The position numbers and the translations under genes are program-made. 64,000 nucleotides of DNA, taken from positions 32,001 through 96,000 of the IMG/VR virus record IMGVR_UViG_3300043449_002688; one strand, 5' to 3'. Every line of letters starts with the position of its first letter. Position 1 is the first letter of the stretch. The notes beneath the pieces are model-generated. The model had not been told where the DNA came from, made no database searches, and saw only the letters and a program-made list of their open reading frames with translations. Origin of the DNA: a virus. Shown piece after piece: positions 16,994 to 27,283 of the stretch.

Positions 16994-18841
16994 TGCGGAT
17001 TTATTATTTGCGATAAGCCAGTAACTGACTATATGCCTGTTATTAAAATAAATAACGAATGGGTCACAGGCTTTTCTCCAAAGTCAGTTGAAGCAGCAGG
17101 CGGCGTTAAATTTGACTTATTGGGCCTTAATACATTAAGAGACATTCAAATTTGCCTGGATTCTATTAGAAAACGAACAAATGAGAATCTAGATCCATGG
17201 AATTTGCCTTATGACGAAAAAGTTTGGGATATTTTTATAAAAGGCGATGTTGATGGAGTTTTTCAATTTGATACACCAACAATTCGTCCATATGTCATAA
17301 AAACAAAGCCAAAGACCATTGATGAACTTGCTGCGCTAACGGCTCTTGGCAGACCTGGAACGCTAGATGCCCCTGCAGGAGACTCTACGGCAAGGACATT
17401 AGCAGAGCTTTATGTTGACAGAGCAAACGGCGAACCTGTTCAGTATTTGCATTCTGATCTTGAACCTATTTTAAAGCAAACTTATGGAATTCAATTGTTT
17501 CAAGAACAAACAATTAAAATTTTTACATCAATAGGCGGAATGTCTGATGCAGAAGCCGATGAGGTTCGTAGAGGTATAGGCAAAAAGAATAAAGCAGTTC
17601 TTGATATAGCTGCAGAAAAACTTAAGATTGCCTGCTTAAAAAGAGGATGGACCGAAGAACAAGTTGCCGTATTAATTCAACAAATTGAAGCATCTGCTAA
17701 CTATTCTTTTAACAAATCACATGCAGTTTCATATGCTTATGTAGCTTACGCTTGCATGTATTTAAAAACAAAATACAAGCTTGATTGGTGGAAAGCCATT
17801 CTTTCTAATGCTACAAAAGATGAACTTGCTACTAAATTTTGGAAAAACGTACAAGAATTTACCACACTTCCAGATATTAATATTTCTACAGATGATTATG
17901 AAATAGTTGAAAACAAAATCGTAGCGCCTTTTTCAATCCTTAGCGGTGGGGTTGGTGAAAAAGCTTATGAAAGTTTAATGAAAAATAAACCTTATAAAAA
18001 TCTTGAGCACTTTGTTTCTTGTCATTTTCCTACAAAAGAAGAAGAAGATCGCAAGAAAGCCTTGAAAAAGAATGGTATTGATTTAGAAAAAAATGTAAGA
18101 AAATCAGCAGTAACTGCAGCTATAGCTAGAAAATTAATTGCTGGGGGCGTTTTAGATTCATTATTCGAGCCAAATATGTTAATTGAAGAAAAATTGTTTC
18201 AATTTGAACAAGTTAGAGGTCAAATTAAAGGCAAAAAGCCAGAAAAAGTGCCAGATGAATATGTTGGAGTATCTACTTTAGGTAAATACTTATTAAGAAA
18301 AGAGCTTATTCAAATCCATTCTGACGATTTAAGAGAAATAATGCTCCCTAGCCGACATGGTAAAAAACTACCTTGCAGAATTGGAAATGAATATGAGTCT
18401 TGGTTTTCTCAAGATGGGGTAATTGTACTTGATGGAAATCAAATACAATGGTTTAGAAAATACTTTGATTTAGGCGTTTCTATAGAAACTTTAGTTCAAA
18501 AATTTGACAGTCTACTTCAAAATAAAGACCCTTATCAAATTTCTGTTCCTAGTCAAATAGGACACAATGAAAGGTATTTCCAGGCAATAGGTTATGTTGT
18601 AGGCGAAAAAGCTTTTCCTTACAAAAATAAAACCAAACAAGCAACTAGATTAGTTATTGATTTTAATGGATATTTTACTGAAGAAATGATGTGGCCAGAG
18701 CAAGACGAAGACCAAGCGGAAATGGGCTTTAAAAGCCTTCCCGTATTGGCAATATTTGGATTAAATAAAAAAGGAATTTATTTAAAAAAGGTTTTAAAAC
18801 TCTTGAGCGAAACTGACTTAGAAAAGTACAACATGACTTGA
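16886..18841 (+). CDS. dnaE: Split-intein C fragment fused to DNA polymerase III alpha, C-terminal half
   Basis: GAGGA RBS; MKIIKAEELGYEQVYDLSV...FVLETGNVTHN|CGFII; then KFDLLGL, GVFQF, RPG, QEQ, YSFNKSHA. Confidence 0.95.
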   Translation: MKIIKAEELGYEQVYDLSVFHEDHSFVLETGNVTHNCGFIICDKPVTDYMPVIKINNEWVTGFSPKSVEAAGGVKFDLLGLNTLRDIQICLDSIRKRTNENLDPWNLPYDEKVWDIFIKGDVDGVFQFDTPTIRPYVIKTKPKTIDELAALTALGRPGTLDAPAGDSTARTLAELYVDRANGEPVQYLHSDLEPILKQTYGIQLFQEQTIKIFTSIGGMSDAEADEVRRGIGKKNKAVLDIAAEKLKIACLKRGWTEEQVAVLIQQIEASANYSFNKSHAVSYAYVAYACMYLKTKYKLDWWKAILSNATKDELATKFWKNVQEFTTLPDINISTDDYEIVENKIVAPFSILSGGVGEKAYESLMKNKPYKNLEHFVSCHFPTKEEEDRKKALKKNGIDLEKNVRKSAVTAAIARKLIAGGVLDSLFEPNMLIEEKLFQFEQVRGQIKGKKPEKVPDEYVGVSTLGKYLLRKELIQIHSDDLREIMLPSRHGKKLPCRIGNEYESWFSQDGVIVLDGNQIQWFRKYFDLGVSIETLVQKFDSLLQNKDPYQISVPSQIGHNERYFQAIGYVVGEKAFPYKNKTKQATRLVIDFNGYFTEEMMWPEQDEDQAEMGFKSLPVLAIFGLNKKGIYLKKVLKLLSETDLEKYNMT

Positions 18842-18882
18842 TAATTTACATTTAATATATTAAAATTAATTTAGGAGTAAAT

Positions 18883-19602
18883 ATGAATAAACTTAAAGAA
18901 ATGCTTAATGAAATCAAAGAACAAAAAGCTATGTTGGCCGTTAACCCAGAAGATGTAGACCCTCGCATTCGAAACACTTTTGAAGGCGAATTGCGCAATG
19001 CAACAGAACGCTTAAAAGAATTAGAAGAAGCTTATAAAAATGCTGTTATGGAACATACTGTAGTTATTGTCGTTAAAGGCTCTGAAGCAGAAGAATTTGC
19101 TTCTGTAGCAAAAGAAGCGGCTGTAGCTTTAGATTATAAATTCATTTTAAGTGACATTGTAACGGCTCTTAGAGAAAGAAATGCTCCAGAACCATACGAT
19201 ACAAATACTCATTTTTTGTTATTGGATGAATTAAATAAAATTAAACTAAAGTATAATATGGTAAGATTGCCAATTCCGCAAGTAAATGGATACAATGACA
19301 ATGTTTATGGCTCAGATCTTTATACTGCAATCGATATTTTATTTGAAAAAAATTATGGAGAAGGACTGTATTCTGCCGTTGTACGCAGAGAAATTGGAAA
19401 AATTGCTTTAAGCGGTGAATTTCAAGGCAAAAAACTGCCAGTGTTTTTATACAATCATTCCGGTAAAGTTGATGTAAATTTTTTACCAATTCCAGTTAGT
19501 GTTATTGAAATTAATGAAAAGATGGACAAAGAAAAAGTTTTAGGTAAAATTAAAGAACTAAGAAGCGTTATTAATGGAAACAAAAAAGAAGGCCAAGAAT
19601 AA
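18883..19602 (+). CDS. Hypothetical protein
   Basis: AGGAG RBS; 239 aa. Confidence 0.75.
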   Translation: MNKLKEMLNEIKEQKAMLAVNPEDVDPRIRNTFEGELRNATERLKELEEAYKNAVMEHTVVIVVKGSEAEEFASVAKEAAVALDYKFILSDIVTALRERNAPEPYDTNTHFLLLDELNKIKLKYNMVRLPIPQVNGYNDNVYGSDLYTAIDILFEKNYGEGLYSAVVRREIGKIALSGEFQGKKLPVFLYNHSGKVDVNFLPIPVSVIEINEKMDKEKVLGKIKELRSVINGNKKEGQE

Positions 19603-19619
19603 GGCTAAAAGGAGAAAAT

Positions 19620-20681
19620 ATGAATAACGTACAAATTGGAAAAGCAAATTACGAAAAAAATGCTACTGGATTTGGTGGAGGCTTGTCTTGGTTTTATATC
19701 GAAGACAATAAACCTAACGTATATCGAGTTTTACCACCGCTAAAATCTTTGGCTCCAGCAGGTAAAATTGCTAAGTATTATCGAGTACATCGCGGTATTC
19801 GAGGCACTGATAAAAGACAAAAACCTTTTATGTGTATTGAAGAATCTGATTATAAAACAAAAGTAATTACTCAACATTGCCCAATTTGCGACCATGTTCG
19901 AGATCTAGAAAAAAATCTTGAAAGCGCAAGACTTTCTGGAGCTACTAAAGAACAGCTTATGGAAGTTCGAAAAAATACCATTTTTCCACTACAAAGTGAA
20001 GGTAAATATTATCTGAACGTAGTAAACCAAGAAGGTAAAATGGGCGTTTTATCAGTTGGTTCTAAAATGTTTGCCGGATTTACTGCTTTGGCAAAAGAAA
20101 TGGAATCAAAAGGATTTGATGTCACTGGAATGCAAGGAATTTATCTTAATTTCAAAAAGACAACAGCATTTAAGGGCGACAAAAACGCTGTACTTGCTGT
20201 AGAGCCGTACTTGGCTCCATCAGGGGATGGATCTTTTAGATATGTAACCCATGATCTTACTCAAGATGTGATTAATCGCTTAGACAAAGAAACAGCAGAT
20301 CTTGGCAATTTGTTTAGGGTTTTGTCTTCAGAGCAAATCGCTACCATTATGTCTTACGAGGGTGAAGCTAGAGCTAAGCTGATGGACACTTACTTTGATG
20401 CACCAGAAAAAGTTCAAGCTCAAAGCGTAGACGCCACAGTTCCTGGCACTAACGCTACCTTAGTAAGTAATGTTGTAGCTTCTCCAAGTGGAGGCTTTCA
20501 ATTGAATACACCATCTTTGCCGCCACAAGAACCTGTTGTGCCAAACAATAATGTTGGAGCTTTTTCAGGCACAATGACTTCTGCTCCTCAAGGAATGGGT
20601 CAAACTGTAGCTTCAGCTATGGTTAAGCCTATGGGTCAATTAAGCGATGATGAATTTTTAAGCATGATGCAGAAAAAGTGA
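19620..20681 (+). CDS. Single-stranded DNA-binding protein, T4 gp32-like
   Basis: YRVLPP, H..C...CPIC zinc site, YYLNVV, low-complexity tail ending SDDEFL; replication context. Confidence 0.7.
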   Translation: MNNVQIGKANYEKNATGFGGGLSWFYIEDNKPNVYRVLPPLKSLAPAGKIAKYYRVHRGIRGTDKRQKPFMCIEESDYKTKVITQHCPICDHVRDLEKNLESARLSGATKEQLMEVRKNTIFPLQSEGKYYLNVVNQEGKMGVLSVGSKMFAGFTALAKEMESKGFDVTGMQGIYLNFKKTTAFKGDKNAVLAVEPYLAPSGDGSFRYVTHDLTQDVINRLDKETADLGNLFRVLSSEQIATIMSYEGEARAKLMDTYFDAPEKVQAQSVDATVPGTNATLVSNVVASPSGGFQLNTPSLPPQEPVVPNNNVGAFSGTMTSAPQGMGQTVASAMVKPMGQLSDDEFLSMMQKK

Positions 20682-20688
20682 GATTATT

Positions 20689-21249
20689 ATGAATAATCTT
20701 TCTGAACCAAGAGTTTTGAGAGTGCCTCGCGGCACTCCAAATAAGCCTCCATTAGAACTTAACATGGAGCTTCTTGATACTGCAGAGAAAAGATTGCATG
20801 AAGTAAGGTTAGCCAATCCTGCTATGTCTAAAGACTTAGAAGGGCTTTTTAACGAAGCAGCTAACCTTGCTACTAAATATCTTGCTTGGATTAAATATGA
20901 AATTTTGCAAGCAGAAAAAAATTACTCATTAGATAGGGCTACAGTCATTTTAGAAAAACTTCCAGAAGAAGCGCTTAAATTAAAAGAAAAAGGCATTAAA
21001 ATAAATGAAGATTACAGAGAAGCTTTAATTATTAGAGATGAGGCTTGCGCTAAATCTTTAGATATATTAAACTCACTTAAAGCTGTGCAAGCTTTATTAG
21101 AGGCTTGTTCTGAAACTTTTATTAGAGCGCATTATTCTTCTAGAAACAAAGAAAAAGAACTAGCCCCTACTCCTAATTTTAATGGAATTGTAGGGCAAAC
21201 TTTTGAAGTGCCACAGGCCAATTTTATGGGTAAAATCGGAGGAAAGTAA
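20689..21249 (+). CDS. Helical protein, possible UvsY-like recombination mediator
   Basis: Lies between SSB and RecA; helical pattern. Confidence 0.35.
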   Translation: MNNLSEPRVLRVPRGTPNKPPLELNMELLDTAEKRLHEVRLANPAMSKDLEGLFNEAANLATKYLAWIKYEILQAEKNYSLDRATVILEKLPEEALKLKEKGIKINEDYREALIIRDEACAKSLDILNSLKAVQALLEACSETFIRAHYSSRNKEKELAPTPNFNGIVGQTFEVPQANFMGKIGGK

Positions 21250-22331
21250 TGAACAAATTTTTGTCTAAATTAAGAAAACTAGAAGGCGCGGTTGATTTTA
21301 GCGTAGGTAACAGCAAAATGCTCGATACACTAAAATGCCCAAGCCCTTCCGTTAACTGGGCATTTGCTACACCAGGATATGGCATTCCTTATGGCTCTTC
21401 CATGCTTTTGTATGGCCCACCAAAAGGCGGCAAATCTATTATTACTAATGCTTTTATTGGCCAACTTCATGCCGACGACCCAGAAGCAATTGCAATTAAA
21501 TTTGATACAGAAATGAGAGGCGCTTTTCAAACAAATGGCGCGTCTTTACAAAAATGGGGAATTGATCCAGAACGATTTATTTCTTATGATGTAAATCAGC
21601 CAGAACTAATTTTTGATAGAATTAATACAGAAATTGATGCTCTTTGTCAAGAAGGAGCAAAAATTAAACTGGTTATTATTGACTCTTTGTCTAATATTGT
21701 TGGGCGAAGAACTCAAAATGCAACATCTGTTTTAACTCAACAAATTGGCGACCAAGCATTAACTCTTAAAGATGGACTAATGCAAATTCTTCCAACTTTA
21801 AGAAAACATGGTATTTGCCTTATTGCTACGGCACATGTTCGAGCTGAAATGGACATGAAAGAACAAATGAGAGGCAAAACCGTAAAAATGCATGCTTCAT
21901 GGGCAACAAAGCATATGTTTGAATTGTTTTGTTATGTAGAACCTAATAGATCTAAAGACGGAAGAGTAAGCTTAGGCGGAGAAGAGTTTACAGATAAAGA
22001 AACTTTGGATTTTATGGATAAAGCTCAAAAAACTGGCCATAAAATTCGATTTAGAGTAGAAGAAAGCTCTTTTGGTTTTGCAGGAAGAACAGCAGAATTT
22101 ACTTTAGATTACAATGAAGGTATTACCAATAAATACGAAGAAGTATTTACCCTTGGGGTTAATTATAAAATTATTGAACGCCCAAATAATGTAACTTATA
22201 AGTATGGGGAAAATCAATACCGAGGGCTTCCTGGCATTCTAACGGCCTTACGAGAAAATCCAGAATTACAAAAAGAAATTTTGGAAAAAGTTATGGCTAA
22301 AGATAGAGATATTTTGAATGCGACAGTCTAA
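21249..22331 (+). CDS. recA: RecA/UvsX-like recombinase
   Basis: GIPYG..LLYGPPKGGKS, FDTE, VIIDSL. Confidence 0.88.
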   Translation: MNKFLSKLRKLEGAVDFSVGNSKMLDTLKCPSPSVNWAFATPGYGIPYGSSMLLYGPPKGGKSIITNAFIGQLHADDPEAIAIKFDTEMRGAFQTNGASLQKWGIDPERFISYDVNQPELIFDRINTEIDALCQEGAKIKLVIIDSLSNIVGRRTQNATSVLTQQIGDQALTLKDGLMQILPTLRKHGICLIATAHVRAEMDMKEQMRGKTVKMHASWATKHMFELFCYVEPNRSKDGRVSLGGEEFTDKETLDFMDKAQKTGHKIRFRVEESSFGFAGRTAEFTLDYNEGITNKYEEVFTLGVNYKIIERPNNVTYKYGENQYRGLPGILTALRENPELQKEILEKVMAKDRDILNATV

Positions 22332-23338
22332 TGGCTTCAAGAAATAAAATTATAGAAATATTGCAAGAAAATGGCCTGGATTTCAAAGAGAAGTCCAGGA
22401 CTTTTGTTGGCATCCCTTGTCCTATGTGCGGAAGGGAAGATAAATTTTCTATTTTAAAAGCAAATGGACATACTATTTGCTATAGAGGCTCTTGCGATTA
22501 TGGCAAAAAAAGCTTTGTTGGATTTATTCAAGCGCTTTTAGGTGTTTCTACTGAAGAAGCAATAGAAAAACTTAAGGGTGAAAAAGATGAATTTAAAGGA
22601 ATTTTAGATTCAGGTTTGATTTTAGACTTTGAAATAAAAGATCCTTTTGAGATAAAAGACGAAATTGAATCAGATCTTTTGTCTGAGCTAGAAGCAAAAA
22701 CTTACCCAGAATGGTATATGATACCTGTTGTTTCTTTAGAAGCAAAAGAAGGTATGGATTATTTAGAAAGTCGCGGTATTACAAAAGAAATTGCCCAAAA
22801 ATTAGAAATATATTATTCTTCTTTTTATAAAAGAGTATATTTTCCTATAAAAATTAATGGAATTTTTTACGGATATCAAGGTCGGGCTATTAAAAAAGTT
22901 AGCGATAAAGATAGAGTTAGGAATAACGAAGGATTTCGGCGTGACACTTTAGTTATGTTTGCCGATAATTTATTAACGTGCAAAGATGCAATCTTGGCAG
23001 AAGGTCCTGTAGATGCAATAAAATTTGACCTAGTAGGCGGATATGTTGCTACCATGGGAAAAGAAATCACAGAAAAGCAATTGCAAATTATATTAAATTA
23101 TAATCCAGACAGAATATTTCTTGCCTTAGATGACGATGCATCTTACGAAATGATGTTATTGATCGATAAAATTCCCAAGCCAATTTATAAAATAGAAGTT
23201 CCAGAATCTTGCAAACAAAGATGCAAAATCTTAGGTAAAAAAGCAGATTTTGGAGAATGCACGTTTGAAGAAGCAAAAGAAGCAAAAGAAAATGCAAAAC
23301 TTTTAAAAAAAGAATCTTTATTATTGTATTTAAAGTAA
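22331..23338 (+). CDS. DNA primase (zinc finger plus TOPRIM)
   Basis: CPMC...CYRGSC, YLESRGI, AEGPVDA, LALDDD. Confidence 0.88.
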   Translation: MASRNKIIEILQENGLDFKEKSRTFVGIPCPMCGREDKFSILKANGHTICYRGSCDYGKKSFVGFIQALLGVSTEEAIEKLKGEKDEFKGILDSGLILDFEIKDPFEIKDEIESDLLSELEAKTYPEWYMIPVVSLEAKEGMDYLESRGITKEIAQKLEIYYSSFYKRVYFPIKINGIFYGYQGRAIKKVSDKDRVRNNEGFRRDTLVMFADNLLTCKDAILAEGPVDAIKFDLVGGYVATMGKEITEKQLQIILNYNPDRIFLALDDDASYEMMLLIDKIPKPIYKIEVPESCKQRCKILGKKADFGECTFEEAKEAKENAKLLKKESLLLYLK

Positions 23339-23375
23339 AACACTGGAATAATAAAGCATACCGTTCGGAGTCCAA

Positions 23376-25034
23376 ATGTCTGCTGAAGAAAAACAAGATT
23401 ATTTTGTTATAGATCAGCCAGCAATGCTTGCAATTATTGGACATTGTTTGTCTGATTTGCAGTTTTTAAGAAATTGCGCTAAAAATTTAACAAAAAGCCA
23501 TATCGAACATCCTATTCTTGCAGATTTATATGATTACATTTCAGGATATTATAAGCAATTTGAATGCGCTCCTACAGTTAATGAAGTAGAAAGCCATTTG
23601 TTTGCAAAGTATCCCGATAAAATATCTTACGATAAATATAGACTTGCTTTACATGAATCTGTAGCTAAAAGAGAAAATTTTTCAAAAAAAATGCTTACAA
23701 CTAGGATTTCTGGTTGGCTAAAACTTATTACCATGAAAAAAGGGTTAGTTCAAACAGCCCATCTTTTTAATGGCAATAAATATGATCAAGCTGAAAGAGA
23801 GCTTTCTCAATTAGCAGTAAAGCTAAGAGAAGCTAAATTTGAAGAAGAAACTAGAGCAAATCTTTCTAATATTCGAGATAGACTTGATAAGCTTGCCTTG
23901 CAAAAAGGCGAGGCTTGTACTTTAGGAAATGCAGAATTTGATAATGCTGTATTAGAAGGCTCAAAACTTACTGGACCTACAGTCTCTCTAAGCGACTTAA
24001 AAACGCAAACAAGCGGCTGTTTGTTACCTGGAGAAATTACCATGGTTCTTGGTCCATCAAACTCAGGTAAAACCACTGCTCTAGCGACAATTGTAGTTTC
24101 AAATATAGCTATTGGCAAAAAAGTTTGCATAGTAAGCCATGAAGAAAGCGAAGATAAAATGGCTATTAAGCTATTTCAATCTTTTACAGAGCTTACTGGC
24201 GAAGAAATGTCATATTACAATAGCAGTAAATTTGAAAACGCAGAAAAAACATGGAAACACTTGGCAGAAAAAAATCTGTTTACGTATGAATGGATTAAAC
24301 CTGGAAGAATGTTTTGTGAAGATGTCATAGATATGATCTCTAATGAACATGAAAAACAAGTAGTTGAAACCGGCAAAGGATTCGATCTTGTTCTTGTTGA
24401 TTATCCTGCAAAAACAAAAAGCCGTGATTATGGAAAAAATAAAAACGATTGGGATGAAAAAGAGTACGTTTACGAACAATATCGGCTTTTAGCAAGAAAG
24501 TATCAATTTCATTGTATAACTCCAGTTCAAACAAACCGAGAAGGATTTAGAGCAAATAAAGACGGGGCGCAAATGCTAGACATGGACAATGCTGCAAGCG
24601 GTTTCGGAATCATGACCCTTGCTGACATTGTAATTTCTATCAACAGAAGTTACAACGACGTTTCTTTGTTTGTCGTCAAATTCTTTATAGCAAAATCTCG
24701 TCAAGGTCCAAATAAAAAGACCTTTATATCAGAAACTAGGTATGATCTTGGCCGAACTCATGGTGTAGGCTATGGATGCTTTGTAGCTCCTCCAGTAGAT
24801 GCAAATAAAATAGATGACAATTACATTACACATCATTTAAGTGCTACAGGAAGGCCCAAAACTAAAGCATTAATTGATAGATTAGCAGAACGAAATGCTA
24901 ATCTAATTCTTGAAAATATCCCTTCGGCAAAGGGCAGTGTGCCAATTCAAGAAATATCGTTAAAGCAAAATTTACAATCTGCTAAAAATTTAGCAGAAAT
25001 TAAAGTAGATTCTAAAGGAAATCCAATAACTTAG
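23376..25034 (+). CDS. DnaB-like replicative helicase
   Basis: GPSNSGKT, SHEE, LVDY, QTNR, AKSR. Confidence 0.88.
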   Translation: MSAEEKQDYFVIDQPAMLAIIGHCLSDLQFLRNCAKNLTKSHIEHPILADLYDYISGYYKQFECAPTVNEVESHLFAKYPDKISYDKYRLALHESVAKRENFSKKMLTTRISGWLKLITMKKGLVQTAHLFNGNKYDQAERELSQLAVKLREAKFEEETRANLSNIRDRLDKLALQKGEACTLGNAEFDNAVLEGSKLTGPTVSLSDLKTQTSGCLLPGEITMVLGPSNSGKTTALATIVVSNIAIGKKVCIVSHEESEDKMAIKLFQSFTELTGEEMSYYNSSKFENAEKTWKHLAEKNLFTYEWIKPGRMFCEDVIDMISNEHEKQVVETGKGFDLVLVDYPAKTKSRDYGKNKNDWDEKEYVYEQYRLLARKYQFHCITPVQTNREGFRANKDGAQMLDMDNAASGFGIMTLADIVISINRSYNDVSLFVVKFFIAKSRQGPNKKTFISETRYDLGRTHGVGYGCFVAPPVDANKIDDNYITHHLSATGRPKTKALIDRLAERNANLILENIPSAKGSVPIQEISLKQNLQSAKNLAEIKVDSKGNPIT

Positions 25035-25042
25035 AGGTAATT

Positions 25043-25546
25043 ATGCCACAGATTATTAAACTTTTAATGGCAGCAATTGTATTAGTAGCAGTTTCTTTTA
25101 TGGTAGGTCGCCATAATGCTCCAGTTAAAACTGTAACAAAAGTTGAAGAAAAAATAGTAGTAAAAGAAGTAATTAAATGGAAAGAAAAAAAAGTTAAAGA
25201 TGAAAACAAAAATAAAGAAACGGTTATTGTAGAAACAGTGTATCCAGATGGTACAATTAAAAGAGAAACCAGAATAATCGATAAAGGAACTATTAAGGTA
25301 GCAGTAGAAAAAGAAGGCTCTAAATCTTCCGAAAAAACAACTACTGTTTCTAAAGAACAGCTTCAAGTGTCGGACAATAAACAGTGGAATGTTTCTGTAC
25401 TTGCTGGAACGGATAAATTAAGTTATAATGATTTAAAACTAGACTATGGACTTCATGTTCAAAAAACCATTCTTGGTCCTTTTTCTTTAGGAGCGTTTGG
25501 ATTAACTAATGGGTCGGTAGGCTTAAGTGTCGGAGGGTCTTTCTAA
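25043..25546 (+). CDS. Membrane-anchored protein with C-terminal amphipathic beta strands ending in Phe
   Basis: N-terminal TM helix; C-terminal WNVSVLAG..YGLHVQK..FSLGAFG..VGLSVGGSF. Confidence 0.6.
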   Translation: MPQIIKLLMAAIVLVAVSFMVGRHNAPVKTVTKVEEKIVVKEVIKWKEKKVKDENKNKETVIVETVYPDGTIKRETRIIDKGTIKVAVEKEGSKSSEKTTTVSKEQLQVSDNKQWNVSVLAGTDKLSYNDLKLDYGLHVQKTILGPFSLGAFGLTNGSVGLSVGGSF

Positions 25547-26355
25547 TGGTTAAAAAAATTACGGTAAGCACTACCAAAATCCTTGTTTTAATGTCTTTTA
25601 TTTTCAGTTTAGCTGTCCTTTCCCCATTTCTTTATCGAATGGCGCTTAGAGGTTTTTTAACGTCTAAAGTTGTAAAAATGGAAGTTCATGTTAATAATCG
25701 AGCGCTTGGCGGCGGGACTGGGTTTTATGTTAAGGGGAAAAGTGGGAAAACCTATATTTTAACCAACAGGCATATCTGCGACATACCTGAATCTGCTGTG
25801 TTAAAGTTAATTCCAAAATCAGGAAAAGATAAAAATCGTCCTATAAAAGCGAAAATTATAGAGGTTTCTAATAAAAGCGATTTGTGCTTAATTGAATCTC
25901 CCGACAATACTAACGGCCTTACAGTAGGCGATAGTTTAGAATTAGGAGATTTAATTCATTATGCTGGCTACCCCAGATTACAACCTCTTACGATGGATAC
26001 AGGAGAAGCAGTAGGCTATAATTTTATTGGCGTTTTTGTAGGCTTTATTGGCGAACAAGTTAGCGAAAAGCAATGTAAAGCAAATAAAGATATGCAAATA
26101 AGAGAAATTGTAGCTCCTTTTATTAAAAAAACTGATTCTGGAAATGAAGATTTATTTTTTATTAAACGAAAAGTTTGTATTCAATTTGCCAATTCATTAG
26201 TAACAACATTTACAATTTATCCAGGAGCTTCTGGAAGTCCAATTGTTAACTGGAAAGGCGATTTAGTGAGCGTAGTATATGCTGGCCCAGCAAATGGAGG
26301 CTGGGGTTGGGGAGTTTCGCTTTCTCAAATTAAAGAATTTTTGCTACAGAGGTAA
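25546..26355 (+). CDS. Trypsin-like serine protease, membrane-anchored
   Basis: GTGF, LTNRHIC, DLCLI, PGASGSP. Confidence 0.88.
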   Translation: MVKKITVSTTKILVLMSFIFSLAVLSPFLYRMALRGFLTSKVVKMEVHVNNRALGGGTGFYVKGKSGKTYILTNRHICDIPESAVLKLIPKSGKDKNRPIKAKIIEVSNKSDLCLIESPDNTNGLTVGDSLELGDLIHYAGYPRLQPLTMDTGEAVGYNFIGVFVGFIGEQVSEKQCKANKDMQIREIVAPFIKKTDSGNEDLFFIKRKVCIQFANSLVTTFTIYPGASGSPIVNWKGDLVSVVYAGPANGGWGWGVSLSQIKEFLLQR

Positions 26356-26357
26356 AA

Positions 26358-27071
26358 ATGGGCAGAACTATTATTGCTATAAGCGGCTGGGCTAAATCAG
26401 GAAAAGATACTTTAGCTAATTTTTTAATTAAAGAAAAAAACGCCAAAAGACTAGCCTTTGCTGATTCTTTAAAAGAAATGGTAGCTGCCCAATACAATAT
26501 TCCATTAGAATGGACGCATGATCAGTTAAAAAAAGAAATCCCTTTAAGGGGAATGCCAGTTGAACCTAAAGATTCTTTTTCAAAAATGATAGCTAAATTT
26601 ATGTATAAAGAATTTAGAACTTGGACAGGGCAAACGCCTTCTGGATATTGTTTTTTTGATCACGATTTAGGGCATATTACTCCTGATGGTATTTTTTATG
26701 GAATTGCAAAGGGCGAGAAATTAAAACTTTTTTGGACACCTCGTGCCTTGTGCATACTTGAAGGGTCTGTTAAAAGAACAGCTAATTCAGAATATTGGGT
26801 CAAAAAAGCTATAGAGAAAGCAGATAAAAACGGCCTTTTCGTTATTTCTGATCTTAGATATCAATCTGAAATTTACTCAATTAAAACTTCTATGTCTGAA
26901 GAAGATACGTTAGTGACTGTTAGAGTTAATAGATTTGAAAAAACTCAATCAAATGATCCGTCAGAAAGAGATTTAGATAATGCTGAATTTGATCACGTTA
27001 TTAAAAATGATGGCACTTTAGAAGAATATATGTTAAAAATTAACAATATGCTTAAAGAAAGAGGGCTATAA
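26358..27071 (+). CDS. Deoxynucleoside monophosphate kinase
   Basis: ISGWAKSGKDT, FADSLK, ISDLRYQSE, NDGT. Confidence 0.85.
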   Translation: MGRTIIAISGWAKSGKDTLANFLIKEKNAKRLAFADSLKEMVAAQYNIPLEWTHDQLKKEIPLRGMPVEPKDSFSKMIAKFMYKEFRTWTGQTPSGYCFFDHDLGHITPDGIFYGIAKGEKLKLFWTPRALCILEGSVKRTANSEYWVKKAIEKADKNGLFVISDLRYQSEIYSIKTSMSEEDTLVTVRVNRFEKTQSNDPSERDLDNAEFDHVIKNDGTLEEYMLKINNMLKERGL

Positions 27072-27283
27072 TGGACAAAAAAGCTGTTGTTGCAAAACAT
27101 CCAAGAATTAAAACAGGTTTTGTTGTAGATATCTTTTTTGGCAAAGAAATTGTCGAAAGCCTTTCTTTTGCGCGAAAAAATTCAAAAGAAGATAATTTAA
27201 AAGATTTGTTTAAATGGTTGCAAAATATTAAAAGTTTTGGAGAAATAAATGTTTACGTACCAAATGGTTCAAATTTATCTTGA
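27071..27283 (+). CDS. Hypothetical protein
   Basis: TAATG overlap with upstream gene. Confidence 0.6.
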   Translation: MDKKAVVAKHPRIKTGFVVDIFFGKEIVESLSFARKNSKEDNLKDLFKWLQNIKSFGEINVYVPNGSNLS

